NCBI RefSeq assembly: GCF_006345805.1
Contig: NC_043006.1
Span: 102,796,001 to 102,860,000, forward strand
Source of the DNA: Octopus sinensis
Taxonomy: Eukaryota
Direction: 5' to 3'
DNA length: 64,000 nucleotides
A program made the translations under genes and the position numbers. Positions 1 through 12,600 of the stretch are shown one piece after another; within the stretch, counting starts at the first letter, position 1; the number at the start of each line of letters is the position of its first letter. The notes under the pieces were generated by a model. It was not told the origin of the DNA and searched no databases. It saw nothing but the letters and a program-made list of their open reading frames with translations.

Positions 1-550
1 TTCAAATCATCGCACTCGCCGCCAATTTTATCGGCAGCAAATAATATAAGCCCCGATTCCATTACGGAATTAACCAAGAAAATTCATAATTAATCAATAT
101 AGGGTGGCAAAAAACTTTGTAGAATTTTTTTGCCACCAGCGGCCTAGTGGGAAAAAATTAAATAGTCATAGACCATTTTTGTTTAAGTTCAACATCACAA
201 TCAAGGAACGGCCATAATAGGCCATTCACCCACTAGAAATAACAGCCAAAGCTTCAACCGCAAAATAACATTAATTCCGTTAAAAACCAGGAGAAAATTA
301 AAAAACAATTACCCTGTAATTTCTTATACGATGCACCGTTTCATCTACTGTTTAATGGTAAACTAACCTGATTAAATTAAATCAAGCCAATCTTCCATAG
401 GCCCTTAGAATCGTGTGGCAAAAAAATTCTACAAAATTTTTTGCCACCCTATATTGATTAATTATGAATTATCTGGTTAATTCCGTAATGGAATCGGCGG
501 CTTATATTTATTTGCTGCCGATAAATTTGGCGCGAGTGCGATGATTTGAA
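1..550. repeat. Foldback / inverted repeat, arms about 136 bp (1-136 and 415-550), possibly continuing beyond the window start
   Basis: 1-136 is the reverse complement of 415-550 with a few mismatches and indels (TTCAAATCATCGCACTCGC vs GCGAGTGCGATGATTTGAA). Each arm ends in its own small palindrome, GTGGCAAAAAA..TTTTTTGCCAC. Confidence 0.9.
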
Positions 551-883
551 AATTTTAGGTCATTGGCTTTTACGAATTGCATTTCGGGAAAGGAAAAGTT
601 TTTTGGGAATAAAAAGTTAGCAATTAAGGACAACTACTTAATAAGGAAAACTTAACAAGAAATTGTCAGGTAGATAGCGTGAAAGACCTCATAAGAGAAA
701 AAATTTCGAAAATATTTATTTCTTATTGAACATATTAATTTATATATAGAGGGCATTATACATACATGCCAGAGGGCATTATACATACATGCCACACGCT
801 AAAAGGGACAATTAGTCATTTCTACCAAAAATTTTACTAATCCCCCCGAATGCAATTTTTCAAAGTAAGACATTTAAAAATAT

Positions 884-931
884 AGACTTGTATCACTGTG
901 ATTTCATACCTCTGTATTCATCAGCAAGCCT
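884..931 (-). ncRNA. Type I hammerhead ribozyme (minus-strand twin of 1089-1136)
   Basis: Exact reverse complement of the fold at 1089-1136. Confidence 0.85.
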
Positions 932-1088
932 GGACATATCATAAATAAACGACCTTACGAAATGCAATTCGTAAAAGTCTGCCATTTACCGGATGTAATA
1001 TATGTAAACTCACACATGTGCTTCGTTGATGTTGACCAGTTAGCTGCTCGGCTTAAGCGAGGCAGGGTCGTTTATTTATGATATGTCC

Positions 1089-1136
1089 AGGCTTGCTGAT
1101 GAATACAGAGGTATGAAATCACAGTGATACAAGTCT
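1089..1136 (+). ncRNA. Type I hammerhead ribozyme, complete core, AUA cleavage triplet
   Basis: AGGCTTG-CTGATGA-ATAC(AGAG)GTAT-GAAA-TCAC(A)GTGA-TA-CAAGTCT. Stem I is 7 bp (one G.U), stem II 4 bp with a 4-nt loop, and stem III near-palindromic. Predicted cut is after A1129. Confidence 0.85.
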
Positions 1137-1271
1137 ATATTTTTAAATGTCTTACTTTGAAAAATTGCATTCGGGGGGATTAGTAAAATTTTTGGTAGAA
1201 ATGACTAATTGTCCCTCTTAGCGTGTGGCATGTATGTATAATGCCCTCTGGCATGTATGTATAATGCCCTC

Positions 1272-1303
<32 letters not shown>

Positions 1304-1823
1304 GTTATATATATATACGTACATATATGTATATATATATGTACATATATGTATATATGTAAATGTATGTGTGCCTGTTCATGAATATGTGTGTGTGTGG
1401 GCGCGTGCGCGTGTGCGTGTATACAAGGGATATATGTATGTGTAAGGAAAACTAAAACTGTAATCATTATCAACATAGCAACAACAACAAGAACAACATT
1501 AGCAATGCATTAACTTCGGAATTATGATAAATCGTCACTACCGGCCTCCATTCAAACTCTATCAACTCCATCCTCATCACATTTCTCCCCCTCGCCACCA
1601 TTACTACCACGTACAACCTCATTTCTGTACTTCTTTTCCTCCCCCTTCTCTTCATTGAAGCTAACTTAGTAAATCAATGACGCTGCGATGGTAGAAATGT
1701 TTTTTGTAGAATTTCGTTGTGTTCCTTTATGATTTGAATTCATATCCTACGCGGGTCGACTTTGCCCTTCACTATATTGCCCTTAATTCCCCATTAATAT
1801 CAATAAAGAATGCAATTTAAGAC

Positions 1824-2410
1824 GGCGAGCTGGCAGACACATTAGCACGCCGGGCGAGATGCTTAGCGGTATTTCGTCTGCCGCTACGTTATGAGTTCAA
1901 ATTCCGTCGAGGTCGGCTTTGCCTTTCATCCTTTCGAGATCGATAAATTAAGTACCAGTTACGCACTGGGGTCGATATAATCGACTTAATCCGTTTGTCT
2001 GTCCTGTCTGTGTTTAGCTCCTTGTGGGTAATAAAGAAATAGGTATTTCGTCTGTTTTTATGTTCTGAGTTCAAATTCCGGCAAGGTTGACTTTTCCTGT
2101 CATCCTTTCGGCGTCGATAAATTAAGTACCAGTTGCGTACTAGGGATGATCTAATCGACTGGCCCCTCCACAAAATTTCGGGCCTTGTGCCTAGAGTAGA
2201 AAACAATCGTTAGCACACGGGGCAAAATGCTTAGCGATAGTTCGTCGGTCTTTACGTTCTCAGTTCAAATTCCGCCGAAGTCAACTTTACCTTCCATCCT
2301 CTGGGAGTCGATAAATTAATGACCAGCGGAGCACGGAGGATGAATGGAATCTACTTAGCGCCTCTCTCGAAAGTGCCGGCCTTGTGCCAAAATTTGAAAC
2401 CAATATTAAA
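1824..2410 (+). mobile_element. SINE family A: head + two tandem bodies, followed by a further copy
   Basis: tRNA-like head GGCGAGCTGGCAG..TTAGCACGCCGGG with B-box-like GAGTTCAAATTCC. Body GTCGACTTTGCCTTTCATCCTTTCG..GTACCAG. Internal junction AATAAAGAAAT|AGGTATTTCG at about 2030-2050. Confidence 0.85.
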
Positions 2411-2775
2411 GGATGACATTCGGCGGCCAATTCCATATGTAGCATTCAGATAATATAATCAGTTGAAAGGATTACATTGATCATATATTCTTTTACTCTT
2501 TTATGCGTTTCGGCCCAAAGGCTGTGGACATGCTGGAGCACCGTCTGTAAGAAAAAAAAATCCTGCGACCGATGTTTTCAAATGCTAAATATCCATCCCG
2601 GCACAAAAAACTCTGTGTTACGTCGGAGAATCGCACTCGCCGTGTTCTTAAAATGTTGATATCCTATTGAAAAGGTTTCTGGTTCGTATTACATTACCGA
2701 TACTGAGACGTGTGTTTTCTTTTGGGTTTAGGAGTATTAAAGGAACAAGTATTGTTGCATCTAAATACAAGATGA

Positions 2776-3200
2776 TGAGCTGGCAGAATCGTTAGCATGC
2801 CGGACAAAATACTTAGCAGTATTTCGTCCGTTTTTACATTCTGAGTTCGAATACCGCCAGGCTGACTTTACCTTTTATCCTTTCGAAGTCAATAAAATAA
2901 GTACCAGTCGAACACTGGGGTCAATGTAATCGATTTATCGACCTCCTTCAAAATTTCAGGCCTTCTGCCTGTACTTGAAAGATTTTTTACATCTAGATAT
3001 AACGCGGCGAGTTGCAGAATAGTTACCATGTCGGATTAAATGCGAAGCAGCATTCCTTCCGGCTTTACGATCTGAGTTCAAATTCCACTGAAGTTGACTT
3101 TGTCTTTTATCCATTTCGGGGTTGATATATTAAGTACCAATCAATTATTGGGTTCACTGTAATCGATTAGTACCGCCGCCTAAATTCCCGGCCTTCTATT
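2776..3200 (+). mobile_element. Two diverged SINE family A copies in tandem
   Basis: The same head and body motifs recur at about 2776 and about 3003. Confidence 0.8.
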
Positions 3201-3582
3201 AAGTGGAAAGCCCTATTACATCTCCATATATAGCAATGTACGTGTATAAATATGTATGTATGCATGCATGTCTGTATGTATGTGTATTTATACATGTGTG
3301 TGTTTATGCATATACGCATATAAGTGTGTATGTATGTACAGAATGTATATGCGTGTATACATACATGTATTTATGTGTATATGTATATACGTTCTATGTT
3401 GCAGCGCACGGTTTTGCACCTAGGAAGTGGGGTTCAAATTTTGAACACATTCAGTCATCCAAGAGATCATGAGTTATGTGGCAGGTTTTGAATTGAGAAA
3501 ACGAATAATTAAACTTATTGATAATGAAGATTTTATTCTTAAGACTGAAAGAAGAAAAGTGATGGCGTGTATATATCTAGAT

Positions 3583-3971
3583 GTGGAGGCGCAATGGCCC
3601 AGTGGTTAGGGCAGCGGACTCGCGGTCATAGGATCGCGGTTTCGATTCCTAGACCGGACGTTGTGAGTGTTTATTAAGTGAAAACACCCAGAAGCTCCAC
3701 GAGGCTCTGGCAGGGATGGTGGTGATCCCTGCTGTACTCTTTCACCACAACTTTCTCTCACTCTTACTTCCTGTTTCTGTTGTACCTGTATTTCAAAGGG
3801 CCGGCCTTGTCACTCTCTGTGTCACGCTGAATATCCCCGAGAACTACGTTAAGGGTACACGTGTCTATGGAGTGCTCAGCCACCTACACGTTAATTTCAC
3901 GAGCAGGCTGTTCCGTTGATTCGGATCAACCGGAACCCTCGTCGTCGTAACCGACGGAGTGTTTCCACCAC
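3583..3971 (+). mobile_element. SINE family B, full length, with 12-bp TSD
   Basis: tRNA-like head GGAGGCGCAATGGCCCAGTGGTTAGGGCAGCGGACTCGCGG..GGTTTCGATTCC. TSD ATATATCTAGAT at 3571-3582 and 3972-3983. Confidence 0.9.
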
Positions 3972-4094
3972 ATATATCTAGATAGTGGAGTGGAAAAAAA
4001 CAAAACAATTACCACCATTCGTATCCTATTTTGTTATTCACATCCATTTAGGCTCGTCTCTTTCTTTAATTCAGAGTAAATTTTGACCGGTCAC

Positions 4095-4325
4095 CTGCTT
4101 TGTCGCAATATTGTGAAACAAAGTATCTTGTTTTAACGATCACCGTTAAAATCTTACGACGGTCTGGCAGATTATTGAAGTCCCAGATATCTGACTATTT
4201 ATAGTATCTGGATTGAGGATTTGCATTTTCTCTCCAAGAACCCAAGTTTAACATTATTTTGCTTGAGACGGTCTGGTATGTATCCTGTTGCTCCATTAAT
4301 CATAGGTACGAAGCAGAAAGTGTGT
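4095..4325 (-). pseudogene. Decayed C-terminus of an RLE-type (R4/Dong-like) LINE ORF
   Basis: Manual translation gives FVPMINGATGYIPDRLKQNNVKLGF..., then after a frameshift ISGTSIICQTVVRF*. This resembles the xPxxxGAxG...GTxxI C-terminal pattern also seen at 49.1 kb. Confidence 0.45.
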
Positions 4326-5279
4326 CTTGGGTGCTGGGTTTGTAAATTCCTTATCAATGGTCAATAGATGTTTATCTATGTATGCATGTATGTATGTGTG
4401 TGTGTATGTATGTATGTATGTATGCATGTGTGTGTATGTATGTATGTACGTATGTGTGTATGTACGTATGTATGTATACCGGCATGCGTGCTTGTGTGTG
4501 TGTGCGTGTGTGTGTGTATGTGTATTTAATATAATAAATTGTTTATGTGATGATGAATGTGTATTTCCTAAGAACGGAAATTGATTTCGTAAATTAAAAA
4601 TCTGAAATGTTAGGAAGTTAGAATACTCTTTATTTAAACGCTGTTAGATGGAAAAATAAAAAAAATAAAAGCGAAAAAAAAATGCAAAAAACAACAAAAA
4701 ACCCAAAAAGCTAAAAAAAAAACAAAATTACAAAAGCAAGATAAAACAAACGTTGTTTTTTAAGAATAGCATAAATATTGAATTTATTTTCTGCCATGTC
4801 TGTCTCGTTATCACTCACACAAACAGCGTCCTTTTAAAACGACATTCGCTTCATTCCTTTAAAGTATTTATGTATGCATGTTGTTATAGAGATATGTATA
4901 CCTGATTAGGTAGTTGGATGGGGTGAGAGGGAGGAAACAACCAATGATATTATTCTATGCTATTAACTACACTATGGATATGTCGTCTGCATGTGTATGG
5001 TTGTTGTCAGATAGTCTTGCGACGAGCGGATTATGCAATTTTTGAAAGCTGCACGCAACCCACTTTTAAAAAAAAATGTCGGCTACTTTTTATTTAAAAT
5101 TTTAGAATTAAGTGTAATTTTCAAAGATAAGAGTCCTACTGAGTATCACATTACATTACCGACTAAGAAAATTAAAAGAACCGGACTACATCCGTTATTA
5201 TATATACATTACGGGGACACACACGCCTGTGTGTATAGATATACCATTTATATATGTATAATTATTGTACACATATTCA

Positions 5280-5545
5280 TATATACATATGTATGTACGT
5301 ACGTACGTATGTATGTATGTATGTATGTATGTATGTATGTATGTATGTATGTATGTATGTATGTATGTATGTATGTATGTATGTATGTATGTACGTACGT
5401 ACTTACATATATATGTATGTACGTACGTACGTATGTATGTATATATGTACATACGTATGTATGTATGTACGTATGTATATATTTATGTATGTATGTATGT
5501 ATGTATGAATGAATGGATGTATGTATGAATGTATGTATGTGCAAG
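5280..5545. repeat. (TATG)n / (TACG) microsatellite, representative of many TA, TG, TATC and trinucleotide tracts in the window
   Basis: Direct inspection. Confidence 0.95.
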
Positions 5546-7299
5546 CAGTATCCTCTCTTAGCTTTTCTATTTTTCAGATTTCATGTTTTAGACCTTGAAA
5601 ATTAGAATTCTGATTATAAATTAGTGGAGGATTTAGCGTTAAGATTAGGTTCTACTGTTAGTGTTAGGGATTATGGTAAGCCTTAGAGTTTAGGGTTAGG
5701 TTTAGAGCTGACGCTTCTGGTTTAAGGTTTAGACTTAGAATTTAGAGTAATATATGTTGTCTACATAATCTTCTACATAATCTATATCATCTTCAATATT
5801 AGAATTTAAAGAAATTCTCTTATGAAATATAAACCATTAAAAATGTTATTGTTGACTCTAGCTATAATTCTTTTAACAAATTTACTAGGTAAATTTTCAT
5901 TTTTGGTGTCTATCTAACAAAATCCAATAGTTCCTGAAAATGCTGTGCTACGTTTTATATAATTCATCTAGTCTCCCTGGTATAGTCGAAGATAATCCGT
6001 TAGTGTTTGTAAAGTGTGTATCTTTTCAGTCTCCTTGTGTCATTTCATGATTTTCTTTTTCGTTTTTGTATCTGGTTTGCAAGATTATTTATGAGAATTC
6101 GTGAATTGAAATAAATTTTGTCGCGTCTAGGGAAAGTCATCTTACCAAAATAATTAACATACACACTGGTTCAATTCCGCTCATTTATTATTAGTCAATT
6201 GGTTCAATACCCCATTGTTTTGCCCACCGTGGGACTATACCCGGAAGCGGGTGATTGAGAAGTATGCTTCTTACCAAATAGCCCATACCTGTGCCTATAA
6301 TGGCTAATTTTTTTAATGGAATAAGCTGGATGAAATAGTTAAGTCTATGAGCTTCTCAGGCCTTCATGACCGGAGTGGTTGCTGTGGTGAGTATCCGCCT
6401 TGGTTAGCTACAAGTTGAACGCTGCAGGAAAAACGTTACGTAGAGAGGAATTTCCGGAAAGACATCGTTCTGGTGGGAGAAAGACTGGGCGAAGTAGTTA
6501 TATGGGGTCTAAAATGGATGACATTCAGCAGATAACTCAAGTAAGACGAGATTATTTGAGTGGATGTATGGCGAGACCATTCAGATCTGAGGAGAAAAGG
6601 CGATAGTGGTAGAGTTAGGAAAGAAATTGAGAAGAGAAAAAGTCTGTGAGTTGGAATGAGTTGGTAAATCCGTGACAATCAATGACAAGAGGAGGATATC
6701 GTCTGAAATATCAGCAAACATAAAACCAGAAGGAACATCGTTCACCGGATTGTTGAGGAAGGTTAGCAGATGTTCCAGGTTGAAGTCTCTTCGGCCTTGA
6801 AAGGAAGGCTAATCTTTGTGACAGGGTAATTTATATTTGTGATGTTCCTAAAAGTACTTGAAACTCACAGTTTAAGTGATTCTGAAATAGGTCCGTTGAT
6901 GAGGGTTCGATCGCGTGCTAAGTAACACAACAAAACTGATTAATTAGAGAAAGAGTAAAGTTGTTTAGCTCCATGTGAGTATTTTGATGAAGCAGATCCG
7001 TGTTCAAGCTTTGACTCTGCCGTCTTTTATTCAGACAGTGTATCTAAAAGTACAACGTCTAATATATTAGTCCCTTTTTAGACAGTAAATTATAATTCGG
7101 TACAGAGTTGGCTGGTAATGTTAGCAACTTGAATGAATATGAAGTGGTTACTTAGTTGATACGAATATCGAGGTGCGTCGAACCAACTCGAGGTTTGACC
7201 TCGCGCATTAATTTCAGATCCAGCTTTTATGTGAAATCTTAACAACGTGGTTTCAGGAGAAACAGATTTACGATAGAATCGCATGCAAGTCAGAGACAT

Positions 7300-8340
7300 A
7301 TTTTCCTTAATTTACTGTTACGAATATTGAGATAAGATTCCAAACTTAAAATATGGGAAATGGTTAATATGTAGATGCATAAGCATTCATTCCTTCACTC
7401 ATTCAGTAATTCATTATTTTCCTGAGAATCAACTTACAGAACTGAAGTAGAAAACACGGGACGATATCTATTAATCTGGTAAGGTAATTGAGTTAGCCCT
7501 TGAAAATTGAAAGATTATTCTGCAAGCAAAAGAGGAGCACTGCATAAATGTCAAGGGCTTTGTTCATCGGCAATGCTGAGTTAAAATCGTAGCATAGCAT
7601 GGACATAGCTTAGAGAGTTACAACTTTATTAACACATTTGAAATACAGAGCACCATCATTGAAGTGTTCTATGATAAACTGGCTATCGACTGTCTGACGA
7701 AATTTGAGTTAAGAGTCTGACCATTAGTGTTAACATTCATCGCTGTCTTTGAAATAGTTTTTTCAGTGTTGTGTTACCTTGCAGTTTCTACAATAAAGTA
7801 TCTACTGACCCTATTCGTTAAATCATAACTTCCAGAAAGTGTAGTAATTAGAAGAAGATACGAAAAGAAATTAGAGGCTAGTATTTCGGTTGTGAAAGTA
7901 GCGTGCTTTAAAGCAAACGTCTTCGGATATACGCATGACTAAGTTGAAACTCATTTTCTTTGAATTATTTTGATAATTGTAAGTCATTATCCGTTGGTGC
8001 GAGGAAGCGTTTGAGAGATGCAAAAGCTACAAATCACAAAGAGGAGGCATTTATAACTGGAGAAGGATAGAATTTTGAAAGATTGATATTTTCATTGCAT
8101 GCTTCAAAAAGTAAATCGGTTATTAGAAAAGCGGATGTCAGGAGCTGGGTAAAAGACAAAGAGGATGACTCTGGAAACCAAGAGTTAACTGAAGCACAAA
8201 TAACTGCTGAGATCCCTGTAGTTGACAACAGAGATGATGACGAGGATCTATTATATAATGTTCAGTATTATTACCAATGATTTAGATCCCTAGGAGAACT
8301 CATTAACCAGAAGTGGCATCAGCGACATAAGCAACTGAAC
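7300..8340 (+). pseudogene. Highly decayed pogo/Tigger-like transposase remnant
   Basis: The peptide KADVRSWVKDKEDDSGNQELTEAQITAEIPVVDNRDDDED (8110-8250) resembles the acidic Tigger C-terminal region. A possible DNC motif lies at about 7972. The upstream extent is uncertain. Confidence 0.35.
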
Positions 8341-9589
8341 CTCATGTTTTCTTCAAACCATTCTAAGGATGTTGATGACCCGCCAGCTGTTGATTCATCC
8401 CTTCATAATCCCCTCAGATTTCTGTGAGTGGGAGGCAAGAACTGGTAAAGCTCCACAGTTATTTTTTATTCATAATAACAAGTTATCACCACTACATCTG
8501 TTTTCACCCCCACCGTATGAAGATCATCTGGCATCTTCCACGGGTAAATGAAATTAACTTGCAGTATTCACTTTTTAAAATTTTTTTACATAATCTAATT
8601 TTGAATAATATTGTAAGATATATTTATTAGTAGCAACTGTGGCAATTCTGCCAATATTCTGAAAATCATAGCATTACAAAAATGTAATAGAGAACGCTGA
8701 AATTCTTTTGAAACATGAAAGAAATTAACCTGAAGATCTCGATTTTATCACGTAAAGGATACGTAAGTAGTACTGACGGTGTAGTAGTTGGGAGAGCATC
8801 TTTGGAGTACATATTCTTTGGTACACATTCACAAACTCTACTAACATGTGAACTGTTAACAATTATTCTTAACTATCTGGCTCCATGCCGTCAAAAATGA
8901 TGACTAGTTGTAGTATTTTATATACAAATATGGATGGTAAATCAAATTAAAACACTTGTCAATGTTCACATGCATTCACATACTTCCCTTGCATACACAT
9001 ATACTCACACAGAGTTGAAACGCTGTTTGATTTTTCTTTTCAGCGTTGAATGTTCACCATCCCACTACTAAGTTTGCCATCATCCCTTCCTTCCTAATTC
9101 ATCTGTCATCCCTTCCTTTCTCATTCATACGTTGTGACGGTGAAAAAACACAAAAGTATTGTTAGAACTTTAACACAAGAAGTAAGCACGTCCGCTGGAA
9201 CGAGCCCTGTACACTTGTCCATGAGAAGATACTTGTTCGCGGAGATTTAGTGTAATATTTTGTATATTGATCTTGAGAAATGTTTTCTCCCTATTGAAAA
9301 TGCCAAACGTATTGGAAACTAATCTCTAAAACGAAAGGTAAATGACATCATGTGGAGAGAATTACATCCGTTGAATTTAAATCTTTCATCCAGATCGTGC
9401 ATTAATAATTATGCCTCTATGAAGATTCTATTTATGCTTGTAATCTACATTCTAATTCTGTTGTGTAATACTTGCTGAAAGGATATATTGTGTTACAACG
9501 TAATGTGTGTTGGAAACTTTTTAAAACCATTTTGATTGTGATACGAAATCAGAGATTTGTAATATTAATCCAGTAGTGTAAAGTTAATG

Positions 9590-10015
9590 AACTGGCTCAA
9601 ATGGTTAGCACGCCGGCAAATTGCTTAACGGCATTTCGTTCATCTTCACATCTTGAGTTCAAATTCCACAGTGGGCAACTTTCCCTTTCGTCCTCCAGGA
9701 GTCGATATAATAAGTATCAATTGAACACTGGGGTCAATGTAATCGATATACCCGCTCTTCCGAAATTGTTAGCCTTGTGCCAAAATTTGAAACCAATATT
9801 ATTTTAGTATTGTAAAGGTAGTGAGCTGGCCGAATTGTTAGCACGCCGGGTAAAATGTTTAGCAGCATTTCGTCCGTGTTCACCTGAGTTCAAATTCCGC
9901 CGAGGACGATTTTGGGGAGATCGATAAAATAAGTGCTAGATGAGTACTGGAATCGATGTAATTGACTTATCCCGTCCCCTGAAATTGCTGGCCTTGTACT
10001 AAAATTTGAAACCGA
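9590..10015 (+). mobile_element. Two SINE family A copies in tandem
   Basis: Head and body motifs at about 9590 and about 9820. Confidence 0.8.
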
Positions 10016-10316
10016 TAGTATTCTAGTATTGTAAAATATTCTTTAGTAAAGTTTTAAAAGATCTTAATGCCCCATACTATATTCTTAGGTATTTTTTTTA
10101 CAAAAGAAAAGTGCGTAAGACTCAACTTGAACCCTCTACCCAGTAAACAAAGAACATTGAGATGTGGATTCTAAAGCAAATCAGTTTTACACACACACGC
10201 ACACATAAACACACACACAGGTATGCACGCACACACACATATCTATATTAGGCTATATACATATACATACATGCATACACACGCACACACAAATATATAT
10301 ACATACACACATAGAC

Positions 10317-10347
<31 letters not shown>

Positions 10348-10609
10348 TATACCTGCATGCATACACACGTATATATACATATATACATACATAAATACAG
10401 ACATGTAAAACAAAAGTATAGATATATAGCTAACAATATGAGATTAATCGCCAAATAGAATACGAAGACAGGTCAAATTGATTGACCTTACAGGAAAAAG
10501 CCAGGCGAACATATAGATATTGTATCCAGACAGGTAGGCAGAGGGACTGATAGCCGCATATCTATTTGTCGGTATGTCTGTCTGTCCATCTCTGTCTATC
10601 TCTGTCTGT

Positions 10610-10678
<69 letters not shown>

Positions 10679-10884
10679 CTTTTTTGTTTGTTTCGGCCAC
10701 TGGAAAGCGGCCTTCCTGGAGTACAGCGTTGACAAATTTAGTCGAAAACTTCGACAACAATATTTATTTCCTTTTAAAGCTTGGTACTTATTCTCCTCAG
10801 TCTCTTGGACGACTCGCAAAATCACGAGGATGTAACACATTGAAACCAATCGTCAAGCGGACACATACACACATCATCGTGGCT

Positions 10885-11232
10885 CTCCGTCGGTTACGAC
10901 GACGAGGGTTCCAGTTGATCCGTTCAACGGAATAGCCTGCTCGTGAAATTAAAGTGCAAGTGGCTGAGCACTCCACAGACACGTGCACTCTTCACGTAGT
11001 GTGACAGGACTGGCCCTTTGAAACACAGGTACAACAGAATCAGGAAGAAAGAGTGGGAGAAAGTTATGGTGAAAGAGTACAGCAGGGTTCGCCATCCCAC
11101 CCCCTGCCGGAGCATCGTGGAGCTTTAGGTATTTTCGCTCAATAAACACTCACAACGCCCGGTCTGAGAATCGAAACCACGATCCTACAATTGCAAGTCC
11201 GCTGCCCTAACCACTGGGCCATTTCGCCGCCA
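10885..11232 (-). mobile_element. SINE family B copy, preceded at 10680-10885 by a decayed family C-type tail
   Basis: Reverse complement of the 3583-3971 sequence. Confidence 0.85.
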
Positions 11233-11243
11233 CACATACATTA

Positions 11244-11278
<35 letters not shown>

Positions 11279-11389
11279 TGCACATGAACCTAGGCAATGC
11301 AATTTAAGTTAACATCTGTAAAACTCTTGGTCCTTCAGTCACTTTTGTAACTTTACTTGTAAAACACTCGTAAACAGACAGATAAATTG

Positions 11390-11422
<33 letters not shown>

Positions 11423-11779
11423 CATATACCCAAATGTGGGGTATGTGAGAGATTTATTTGTATGTAAATGATCTTAACATTGGTACAGATTAGTTGGAGG
11501 AGAGAATTTGAACGAAAGAGGCATACGTAAAAATCATTTACTAACTTTTCCCTTTCATAAACCACCAAGTGTTAGAAGCCACAATAAAAACAGCAACAAA
11601 AACGTTAAGCAGTGACTTTATTATCCGAGCATTAGCAGCAGCTACAATAGCAACAGCACTATTACCTCATCATTAGCAACAGTCACAAAATCAATCGCAT
11701 AAATGTATTAGCAACAGTAAAGCCAACAACAAAAATAACAACAGCTACGAGAATGGTAATTGTTTCGGCTATACGCAGA

Positions 11780-11950
11780 AGGCCTGAAATTCGGAGAAAG
11801 AGGCAAGTCAATTATATCGACCCCAGTACTCAACTGGTACTTGTATTTAATCGATCTCGAAAGGATGACGGGCAAAGTCGACCTCGGCAGAATTTGAACT
11901 GAAAACGTAGAGACGGACGAAATGCCGGCGCGTTAAAAGGATTCTGCCAG
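11780..11950 (-). mobile_element. SINE family A copy
   Basis: GAAAGGATGACGGGCAAAGTCGACCTCGGCAGAATTTGAACT. Confidence 0.8.
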
Positions 11951-12009
11951 TTCGTTACCTTACCACCACCACCACCACCACCCTAATGCCTGATTAGTAT
12001 CAATCAAGT

Positions 12010-12345
12010 GAAGGCGCATGGCTCAGTGGTTAGAGCGTCGAGCTTACGATCGTGAGGTTGTGAGTTCGAATCCCAGACCGGGCTGCGTGTTGTGTTCTTG
12101 AGCAAGACACTTTATTTCACGTTGCTCCAGTTCATCAGCTGTAGAAATGAGTTGCAACATCACAGGTACCAAGCCGTATAGGCCCCTTTGCCTTTCCCTT
12201 GGATAACATCGGTGGCGTGGAGAGAGGAGGCTGGTATGCATAGGCGACTGCAGGTCTTCCATAAACAACCCGCACTTGTGCCTTTGGAGGGTAACTTTCT
12301 AGGTGCAATCCCATGGTCAGTCATAACCGAATGGGGTCTCAGCAT
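12010..12345 (+). mobile_element. SINE family D (head D + tail module X)
   Basis: tRNA-like head GAAGGCGCATGGCTCAGTGGTTAGAGCG..GAGTTCGAATCC. The tail GCCTTTCCCTTGGATAACATC..CCCATGGTCA is shared with 33090-33250. Confidence 0.8.
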
Positions 12346-12477
12346 CAATCAAGCCCGCAGGAATGAAGGGCAAAGTCGAACGCAGCGAAAGTTGAACTCA
12401 GAACGTAAATCCAGATGAAATAGTGCAAAGCATTTCATCCGTTACGAGCATCTGTGAGAGCATCAAGAAATGTAGTG

Positions 12478-12600
12478 ATGACAGCTACATCAACGACATC
12501 GATTTGAAAACAGAAATACACGAACATCATCAAGAGTACAGGCTCACGTAGATGCTGGAAACAACAGTCTAGTCTACTCGAGTTAAACAAAGAAGAACGC
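12478..12600. repeat. About 125-bp segment duplicated at about 14246-14365
   Basis: CTACATCAACGACATCGATT(T/G)GAAAACAGAAATACACGAACATCATCAA..GTTAAACAAAGAAGAAC occurs at both sites, about 90% identical by eye. Confidence 0.85.

Larger units (their letters stand above)
738..1282. mobile_element. Near-perfect 217-bp inverted repeat carrying two hammerhead ribozymes; probable inverted pseudo-LTR pair of a Penelope-like element
   Basis: 738-954 is the reverse complement of 1066-1282, with one visible mismatch (A803/C1217) and a 111-bp spacer. It abuts a (TA)n tract. The PLE origin is inferred from the HHR content and inverted arrangement. Confidence 0.75.

Noticed and set aside
3583-3660. tRNA genes at SINE 5' ends
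   Set aside because: A/B-box-like heads run straight into SINE bodies in many diverged copies, and I could not fold a complete cloverleaf with a paired acceptor stem.
6400-6900. Possible decayed RT-thumb fragment on the minus strand
   Set aside because: Only vague motif echoes with many stops; it cannot be supported without a search.
12105-12145. Minus-strand CTGATGA..GAAA hammerhead-like match
   Set aside because: It lies in a SINE D body where the sibling copy reads CACTCAG, so the core arises from a local deletion, and the stems are only 2-3 bp.
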